From the NCBI GenBank assembly GCA_000004985.1, contig GG738876.1: a stretch of DNA of 64,000 bases; one strand, written 5' to 3'. Below are positions 52,236 through 61,011 of this stretch, piece by piece. The notes beneath the pieces were generated by a model. It made no database searches and had not been told where the DNA came from. It was given only the letters and a program-made list of their open reading frames with translations. Source of the stretch: Naegleria gruberi. Lineage: Eukaryota. The position numbers and the translations under genes were made by a program. Position 1 is the stretch's first letter. Every line of letters starts with the position of its first letter.

Positions 52236-54667
52236 TTATTTCAAATTCTCCAATTCATCGAGTGGGATATCCTCCTCATAAATATCTCGATTTCTCTTCT
52301 TTCCAGTTTCTTCGATTTCCAATGAAAAATCAGCATCAAGAGCAGCATTAGGTGAAGTCAATTGAGCAATTTCATCCTCATCATTTTGTTTTGGAATTGT
52401 CTTAATCTCGAGTAATTTGGTCTTTGGAGCTGCTTGTTGCTTCTTAGGTTTGTGGGTTCTATTATTGAGCTTTGTTTCAACAATCGAAAGCTTGTTTGCA
52501 GTTTCATTCATATGAGAAACAACTCCATTCTTCAAATTTTGTAAATCAGTAACACTAACATTTCTACCAAACGTTTCCTCGCAAGATTTTAACAATGCCT
52601 CTTCTGCTTCCAGACCAGAAGAAGCATTTGTTGATAAAATATTTCCAAATGAGCAAATATATGATTCTAAAACATCTGTCAGCACATTGAGGGCACCTGC
52701 TTTAGCTCCTTCAAATCCTTCATGACATAAAATCATTGATGTAATGCAACTGAGAGCAGAATGTGCATTCTCTTTGGAAAGATTTTGCTCTAACATTTCA
52801 TCTGGGCTCGAACTACTAGCTGAACCTTCAGAGCTTGCACTTACTGCTTTAAGGGGAATGAGAAGGTTCTTTTTCTTTTCTCTTAATTGAATAATCTTAT
52901 CTACATTTTGTTTAACTAGAGTATTGCTTGGCGAATAAATAAATGTGTCATCTTCATTGGAAATGGATGAGATTTGTTTCTTTCCTGGTGGTGGTGGACT
53001 TGTTGGCTCTCTACTCATTTGCAATGTTTGCAATAAATTATTACTTCCACTATTGCAAGAATTTTTGAGAATAGTTTGGGCCAAGTTCTGAAGTTTTGGT
53101 TCCTGTTGAGCTTTGTGAGATTGGCTATATATTTTCTTAATGGTTGACACATCTCGTAATCCCAATTTATATCCTAGATTGGAAATTATACTTAATTGTT
53201 GTTTTGCAAAATCTTTTGAGTTGTTTCGTGTTGCTATCGATGTTAAATGTGAATTTGAGAGACTTTCACCATAATCTGGCAATGTCTCATCATATGTATA
53301 TTCTGGGAAAATACATCTACTATTACTACTTAGGTTTTCAAAATAGAATGAGCTTAGAGAGTTCTCGTGGATACATTTTTGAGTTGATTTTTCTCCTCTT
53401 AGTTTCTTTTTAAATTATTGTTAAAATTCAAATAAGCTATATTCAAACTTACTAATTTTGGAAGTCTAACTTGTGCTGTTGATAAATTCCATCTTTCTTC
53501 CCTGTCGAAAATATCTACATTTTTAATTTCTTTTTGATTCTCTTGTTGAATTTTTTCCTTCAAATCTAAATAAATATCCAAATCCTTTGATGGAAGTATT
53601 TCTACAGTATTTACCTTTTGAGCCATCTCTGTATCAATTATATTCCAAGAATCTGGATCTGAATCCTTATCCTGTAAAGTGCTGAGTTTTATCTTTTTTC
53701 TTGGCTTTGATGTTGATGGCACAGTTGGTGTTTGTTCAGATTCAGAATCAGACATTGGTAATACCATAGAGCTGGCATCTTGCATTTTGGAGAGAGCATC
53801 CAATTTTTCCTCGTCATAGATAGCATTTATAGATGTTGTAGGATTATATAAATTAGAAATGATCATTTGATCAATTTGATTATACTTGTAGAGATCCACA
53901 ATATTTGTATTTTCATCATTTTGCAAATGCATATTTTCTAATAAATCCCTATCTTTTTCCAATGTGTGAAATTCACTCATTTGGAAATATGGCAATAAAG
54001 AAATGTCATCATCGTACAATACATGATTTGTTACAAATGAATCGTATAAAATTGATCTCAATCTCAAAGATAATTCCATAATTAAATTATGTGACACTTC
54101 TCCAGAGGCTTGATTATTGTTCCAGAAATTACCAAATGTATCCTTATTCACAGTAACTTGTTGATACAATTTATACAATTTATCATTGCTAGCTTGTTGA
54201 AAAATGTTGGAAATCTTCTTTTTAGGAGATCGATCCAATTCTTGAACAAGTGAAAACCACTGATCAGATGATGATGTTTGTAGCATACAAGGAGAACAAC
54301 AAGAAGACGAAGTAGGTGAATAATCAGATGGTGATACAACAGCTCTCCTTCCTCCAACAACAATACCTCCCGACGATGATAACAGTGGTGTATTATTATT
54401 ACCAGGCTTTCTCTTTCTTCGTGTATTTGGTGTTTTCAATTGTGTATTATTATTATTACTAATGCTGCTACTACCACAACTCGTTGAAGATGGTGGAGTA
54501 TTATTTCCACCTCCTTGTTGTTGTTGCAATGTTGTAGTACCATGAATACCACTTGTATTGACCGTCAGTTGATGCTGTTGCTGTTGTTGCTGAAGTAAAG
54601 AAGAAGCTTCGCCAACTTCTTTGCCCGTTATTATTGTTGGTGTTGCTTCATGTAAATGGTTGGGCAT
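52236..54667 (-). CDS. Q-rich nuclear protein with C-terminal BTP/histone-fold (TAF8/TAF3-like) domain, two exons: join(54667..53453, 53405..52236)
   Basis: Track ORF 53399..54694 starts on TTG and 52236..53282 also starts on TTG. The downstream frame is open for 133 codons upstream of its first ATG, so it is exon sequence. A perfect GTAAGT donor lies at 53452 after ...RLPKL. The acceptor aaaaag at 53406 gives a 47-nt intron; an 89-nt alternative ends ...ccacgag at 53364. Histone-fold ALSCITSMILCHEGFEGAKAGALNVLTDVLESYICSFG. Confidence 0.5.
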
Positions 54668-54989
54668 TTTTTGGAAATGATAGGTTGGCGCCAAATAATA
54701 TTTTCCTTTTCTCTTCTTGCTTCTTGTGATGGTGATGATGAATTAATTGTCATCATATTGAACAAGAGGATAGATATAATTTGATATGTATGTTAGGAAG
54801 ATGGTTGCTGAAGAAGAATTTTAATGTGAGGATTTGAATTTTGAGTTTTTTGCTTCACCTTCAAGAGAGAAGGTTCTTCATTGAAAAATTAAAGTTAAAA
54901 AAATGTATTGCAATAGTATGTAGGAGATGTTTTTGAAGATTGTTCTAATGTGTTGTGTTATTAATCCTTGTTGTTGTTTGTATTGTGTG

Positions 54990-56499
54990 ATGCGGATTCT
55001 AGTTAGTGAAACAGCACCACTTCATCCTGTAATTTCTAAAAAGACTGGACACTTGTTTGAAAAGAGTTTGATCTTAAAGTATATTGAAGAACACGGAAAG
55101 TGTCCAATTACTGGACAAGATTTAACTCCTAATGATTTAATTGATGTAATTTGTAGGTATCGGATCTTTAATTTCTCTCATCATTGATCATCTTGTATTA
55201 TTGTTCATCTGAATAATTGTTTTAATAGATAAGAAAGGCACTGAATCATCGGTGAAGCCTAGTCAAGCTATTGCCAGTATTCCAAGCATGTTACAAACAT
55301 TCCAAAATGAATGGGACTCTGTAATGTTGGAAACTTTTACTTTGAGACAACAATTGGATAAATCAAGAAAGGAACTTTCACACTCACTTTATCAACATGA
55401 TGCTGCTTGCAGAGTTATTGCAAGATTAATGAAGGATAATGATGACACAAAGAGTATTCTCAGAAAAAATCAAAATAATATGGAAGATGAAACTTCTAAT
55501 ACTCTCTCAGAGACTGTTTCAGAAAGACTTACAAATACTGCAGAAATTCTCTCATCAAATAGAAAACAAAGAACTATTTCACCATCTCTTAAATCACCAG
55601 AGGAAATGTCAAATTCCAACACTCGTTTGTTAAATAGTGAATACAGACTCCATCAAGGAAAGGGTATTCAATCCATTGACGTTTTAAATTCATTGATTTT
55701 AACTGGAGGTAGAGATGGATCAATTTCAGTTTTTGATAAGCAATATAATACTTGTATTGGAGAGTTGAATTCTAATTCTGGACCTGTAAATTGTGCCATT
55801 TTCCACAATACTCCTGAATTTGCCTTTTCAAGTCACAATAGAGATGTTAAAATATGGTCTCTTAAGGATTCTACCTGTCTTCACACTATGGAAAAACTTC
55901 ATTTGGAACGTGTTACTGGACTTGCCTTGCATCAATCTGGTCACTACTTCTTGACATCATCTCTCGATCAGACATGGTCTTTCTGTGAAATTGAAACTGG
56001 AACTAGTTTGTTAAAGAGTAGCAATGATGAATCAGGATATACTTGTATTCAATTCCATCCAGATGGTTTATTATTTGGTACTGGTCTTCAAAATAATGCT
56101 GTAAAGATTTGGGACGTCAAGTCTCAACAAGTAGCTGCTACATTACAAGGACACTCTGGAGAAGTTACCTCACTTTCATTCTCTGAAAATGGTTACTATC
56201 TCGCTTCTTCATCAAAGGATAAGACTGTTCGTATTTGGGATTTAAGAAAAGTGGTACCTCTGCACACATTGCAATTCAATTCACCAGTTAGCAATGCTTC
56301 CTTCGACTATTCTGGTATTTATCTAGGTGCAACCTGTACTGATGGTACTGTTGGAGTTTATCAAGCTAAGGTTTGGACTGAACTCATTAATACAACAGTT
56401 CCAAACACCTGTTCTCCATCAAGCATTCGCTTTGGACCTAATGCTAGTTTTATTGCTGTTTCCGGATTGGAGGACAGCACTTTGCGATTCATTGAATAA
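54990..56499 (+). CDS. PRP19: Pre-mRNA-processing factor 19 (U-box + WD40 E3 ligase), two exons: join(54990..55145, 55234..56499)
   Basis: Exon 1 carries the U-box (PVISKKTGHLFEKSLILKYIEEHGKCPITGQDLTPNDLID). An 88-nt intron runs GTAATT...ttttaatagataag. Exon 2 carries SIPSMLQTFQNEWDSVMLETFTLRQQL...LSHSLYQHDAACRVIARL, almost identical to the human PRP19 coiled-coil start, followed by seven WD repeats. Alternative donor GTAGGT at 55153 with acceptor at 55228. Confidence 0.8.
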
Positions 56500-56559
56500 A
56501 AAGAAATTGTAAAGTAAACGAATTTAACACGAACTTCGAGATCAAAAAACAAGAAAAAA

Positions 56560-57478
56560 ATGGGTGTAGACGTTACCGTGCTAATGGTCAATCTGGACCA
56601 ATTTGAAGATTTGGGTATGCATCTACTTTTTTACTTTATTATTTAATACTTTGTAAATAGCTGAGAAACTTGTCTCCGATGAAACAGAAGATCCATCTTC
56701 CTACAAACAAGATTTGTTAGAATTAGATAGCAGATTTTATATTAACAGTTTCCGCTTGAGAGCTGCCGGTGAATTAGCAAAATTTGCAGCTAAATTCGGA
56801 TTATCAGAAACTTGGTCTGATTCAACCCAATTAGATGAATTGTTGTGTAGTATTGGCACATTTAGACAAGACAGTACAATCATACTAACTCAGGAAAACT
56901 CTGATGAAGTGGAGGAATATGTTGAATTTCCTAACTTGATTGAGTTGGGAGAAGCTTACCAATCAGTTGCAGAGTACACTTTCACATTCATTCATCCACT
57001 TTTGATTGCAGAATTGAGTGCTCATTTCGAACATCAAAATAGCATTCCTATTGAATTATTGGAAAAAGTATTCGAAAATGAATATGAAGAATATGTTCGT
57101 CCAAAGAAATTGAGAAAACCAAATTCCAATGAAGAAAGCATCGATGGAATAAGAGAATGGTTAAGCCATAATGATGAATATGTATTCTTCACCAATATCC
57201 TATTGTATTACAATACACCTGAACGTGTCTTTTCTCTTTTGGAAAAACCAAAAATTGGAAAGGAAAAAGTGAAAAATATTTTACAACCACTGCTGATGAA
57301 ATTTGAAGATATTGCAGATGAATATTGGATTTTAATTATGGAATTTATTGAAGATCCATTTTCATTGACAAGATTTGGAATGGCTCATTCGAAATTCTAC
57401 AATATTCTTTGTAAGAATCGAAAAGAATGGTATGCAGAATTCAAAAGAAATATTGGATTATTCTCATACCTGAGCTAA
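56560..57478 (+). CDS. Hypothetical protein, two exons: join(56560..56614, 56661..57478), ~290 aa
   Basis: ATG 56560 in the context aagaaaaaaATG. A 46-nt intron (GTATGC...tttgtaaatag) joins MGVDVTVLMVNLDQFEDL to AEKLVSDETEDPSSYKQDLLELDSRFYINSFRL... The long frame is open upstream of its first ATG (56714), which supports the join. Confidence 0.4.
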
Positions 57479-57593
57479 TTACCCTTCAAATGTTCTTCAC
57501 ATTGTACGAATTAGTTCTTGTTTTGCTAGATCATTAAATTTATTAAAGCATTCTCTAATAATTTGTAAGAAAGTATTCAATTAATTTAAAAAG

Positions 57594-58338
57594 AGTTCCA
57601 GCAATGTATGTTGCTAATCAAGCTGTATTGGCATTGTATTCATCTGGAAAGACTAATGGAATGGTTATGGATTCAAGAGATGGAATTACACATGCTGTTC
57701 CAATTAATGATGGATTTGCCGTTTCAGATGCAATTGTGAGTTTAGAATTGGCAGGCAGTGACATTACTGATTGTTTAATGGAAATGTTGAAGGGGAAAGG
57801 GTTTCCTCAACTCCAATCCTTAACAAACGAAAGAAGAATCTTTAGAGATATTAAGGAGAAGCACTGTTATATTTCTCTTGATTTCAATACTGAAATGGTA
57901 AATGAAACATCTTTATCTATTCAAAGAGAATATGAACTACCAGATGGGTCTATCATTCCAATTGATAAAGAACGATTCAAATGCACAGAAGTTCTTTTCC
58001 AACCAAATTTGATGGAATTAGAATGTGCCTCCATTCATGAAACTATTCTCAGCTCAATTGGTAAATGTAATATTGAAATGAGAAAGAATTTGTTCAGTAA
58101 CATTCATATATCAGGTGGAAATACAATGTTTGAGGGAATTTCTGAACTATTGACCAAGGAACTGACTGCACTAGCTCCATCTGCAATGAATGTTAAGATT
58201 ATTGCTCCTCCTAAGAGGAAATATTCTGTTTGGATTGGTGGTTCGATTCTTGCGAGTTTTATTGAACATGATATGTGGCTTTCGAAAGAGAATTATGAAG
58301 AATTTGGATATGAAGTTGTTCATAGAAAGTGTTATTGA
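57594..58338 (+). pseudogene. Actin/actin-related protein, C-terminal two-thirds only, equivalent to actin residues ~130-375. The N-terminal exons are missing or unresolved.
   Basis: MYVANQAVLALYSSGKTNGMVMDSRDGITHAVPI...KYSVWIGGSILASF...HRKCY is ~55-60% identical to actin by inspection. Conservation continues 4 codons upstream of the ATG (RVPAMYVA vs actin NVPAMYVA), ending at an AG (57592-93). The upstream gene ends only 115 bp away, leaving no room for ~130 N-terminal codons. Confidence 0.55.
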
Positions 58339-58720
58339 GTTCAGTATTCTTCTTGCTGGAATACTATTGATCACCATTCAGAGATGTCAGATGCGAAGAA
58401 CGCAGAAGTGTTTGTTGTTTGTAAAAATTATTACGGAAATATTTACTGAAATTTGTTTTAGTTATTCGAAAGAAATGCATTTACGAATCCACAAAGATGC
58501 ATCATCATATCTTAAAGGATAATAATGCCGATCCAGTAGGGCGGCAATCCTCTTATTTCTAACAATTTGTACGAAACCAAGTTGAAATTGTAGAATCTTG
58601 TTTGTAAATGGAAAGAGATGGTATTTTACAAATTAATTTAAACTGTCCCTAGTACGTACATTTTGTTTGAAATGATTGAAAGAAAGTAAGAGTAAAGGGT
58701 TTATTAATCATTCAAAAAGA

Positions 58721-60520
58721 ATGTCAACAATACTTTCGAATAGTTTATTCATCATTACTTTACTCTTGCTTGTTGTTTCGAATAGTTACCAATCAACCAA
58801 CAACAGCAACTTGACAACCGTTACTTCATTCTACTACCCACAATACGAATGTCTCAAACACACTCCAGTCAACCAATTCTACTATCCTTTCATGTTCACT
58901 CTCGATACTCCCTTCTATGATTATTGTAAATTGCCAACGATTGGAAATGCACCACAAGATTTCTATAAGGACTCTCAATTGATCAGTTCATTATTGGATG
59001 GTTCATTCTCTTGTGTTGATTTCCTGTGTTCCAATGACAAGGAATGGAACCTTTCGAATAAGACTCAGCTCACTACACTTGGAGTCATGTGGAATTATTG
59101 TTTTTATTGTAATACTGAGGGAAGAAATTCATCATCAATTAATTCGACAAGTGAAATATTTAGAGAAAAACTAATGTTGGGTCAATGTGATGCATTTTCA
59201 ATTGCAAATTCATCGTTGAATTTCTTGGAGAATTTCAATCGAGTTTCGAATAGGCATTGTAATGGAGATAGCTATGTGGAGAGACGTCATTTACCATTCC
59301 TTGAATATTACTTTTTCCAAACAGATTACTTTATCAATTCGTTTGCTAGATATAGAAAGAATAATTTCAATGAAGTTTATTCTGATGCAAAGACTTACAT
59401 TTCCAAAGTTAAACTTCAATCCATTCTCACCTTTTATTTTAAAGATTTATTCGAAAGGTCAACACTTGATTCAGCCCCTCTCAACATTCCAGTTTCATGT
59501 TGGTGTGATTATGGATCTAGCTCCAAAACCATTGGTTTTCAATGCTACGATTATTATCAGGGATGGCAATTATTATGTACCTATAGAATATGTGTTGTGA
59601 TATTTACTCTATTATATGGCAGTTGTTCATTGTTTTATTCATTGGTTTTGGTGGTACCGAGAATTGTGGAGAGAATTTCCTCATTCAAACAGAGAAATGA
59701 TATTAGATTAATGGAAACTAATTGTAAGAAACCTCTCTATTTCATTAGACATTTTTTAGATATTGTAACACAACCTCCAATTTTCTTTACATTATCTGCA
59801 TTCTTTGGAATGTTGGAAAACTGTTTCAGATTTCTATTTAATTTTAGTGTTTTTAATGGATTTTTCAATTCTTTCTATTCGGGAATTTTTAGATCGATTT
59901 CAATTGGTTTGGCATGTTGTGGATATTCTGCATTGGTTATTTCATGGGCTCATGTGATTGATTTGGCAAAGAGAAAGACATCCTCTGCTCCCTTTTCAAG
60001 TCAATTGTCAAAATTGAATGTTGTAATCTTGACAATTTGTTACATTGGCATGTTAATATCAGGAATTGTGAGTGCAATCATTTTGATTGTTGTGAAGAAC
60101 TCATCTACTGGTTATATCTTCTTGACAGTTGCTGTACTGATCTATCTCTTTACATTTGTAGTTGGCTTTGCATTTTATGGAATCAAGATTTTACTTTCCC
60201 TCAGAAAAACCTCAGATACTAGCTCAATTATTGAGTATCGTTTCACCAAATTCATTCTATTAGAAACGGTCTTCTTCCTTATTGGTTGGATTGTTTCACT
60301 CTTCATGTTAGTTTCGTACGTGTTTGGTTTCGATTCGATGGGACTTTTCTGGGGACTCAATAGAAATATTTTCATGGATACCATGTTGAATGCAGTTTCC
60401 ATTCTCTCATGTTACATTACTTTCAATAGGAATGCATTCGAAATGGTGTATGGAAAGAAGTTTCTTTCATTGTGTTCATGTGAAAAGAATAATGATACTA
60501 CAAGTGATAATAAACAATAA
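58721..60520 (+). CDS. Orphan seven-transmembrane receptor with ~290-aa Cys-rich N-glycosylated ectodomain, 599 aa. The track start 58676 is TTG; the real ATG is at 58721.
   Basis: Signal peptide MSTILSNSLFIITLLLLVVSNS. About 16 ectodomain Cys with NxS/T sites. Seven hydrophobic helices between residues ~300 and 585. Short C-terminal tail. Confidence 0.6.
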   Translation: MSTILSNSLFIITLLLLVVSNSYQSTNNSNLTTVTSFYYPQYECLKHTPVNQFYYPFMFTLDTPFYDYCKLPTIGNAPQDFYKDSQLISSLLDGSFSCVDFLCSNDKEWNLSNKTQLTTLGVMWNYCFYCNTEGRNSSSINSTSEIFREKLMLGQCDAFSIANSSLNFLENFNRVSNRHCNGDSYVERRHLPFLEYYFFQTDYFINSFARYRKNNFNEVYSDAKTYISKVKLQSILTFYFKDLFERSTLDSAPLNIPVSCWCDYGSSSKTIGFQCYDYYQGWQLLCTYRICVVIFTLLYGSCSLFYSLVLVVPRIVERISSFKQRNDIRLMETNCKKPLYFIRHFLDIVTQPPIFFTLSAFFGMLENCFRFLFNFSVFNGFFNSFYSGIFRSISIGLACCGYSALVISWAHVIDLAKRKTSSAPFSSQLSKLNVVILTICYIGMLISGIVSAIILIVVKNSSTGYIFLTVAVLIYLFTFVVGFAFYGIKILLSLRKTSDTSSIIEYRFTKFILLETVFFLIGWIVSLFMLVSYVFGFDSMGLFWGLNRNIFMDTMLNAVSILSCYITFNRNAFEMVYGKKFLSLCSCEKNNDTTSDNKQ

Positions 60521-61011
60521 TGTGATTGGTAAAGGATTGAATATTCTTGATCTCTGTTTCAATTTTCGTTCAAACTTGCACCTCATCTCCCATTTTCCTT
60601 GAAATTCAATTGTTCGGAGATGAGTGGGAGTTATTAATTGAAAATTCCGCAGTAGTAAGCACAATCTGTTCACAAGTCCATTACTTCTCCTCATGAAATC
60701 ATCAATTAATATTGAAAATTATTTGGATGTAGATATTGCAATTTCCTTCGTGTTCTCCATCTTTATTTCTCTGTGCATTATCAAAAACTACACACAGGTG
60801 CGCCCAATGATTGATCAATATTGAACCTTTTTTCATTCCTCCCACACGTGTGTGCTCCCTATCAATCATTAAGAGCATCAACATGATCCATTCAACAAAT
60901 GCAAGAGAGGCTCTCTTGAAAATTTTGGCGCGCAACTAAAATCTATGTGATTGTGTATTTGAGACTGATGGGAAGATGCTTTGAAAAAATATCTTTTTAA
61001 AATAATTTTAA

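Noticed and set aside
54927-54989. Cys-rich N-terminal extension MFLKIVLMCCVINPCCCLYCVM on the PRP19 first exon
   Set aside because: PRP19 U-boxes start within a few residues of the initiator Met. Homology begins at MRILVSETAPLHPVISKK (ATG 54990), and the upstream ATGs give a bizarre poly-Cys leader, so this stretch is likely 5' UTR.
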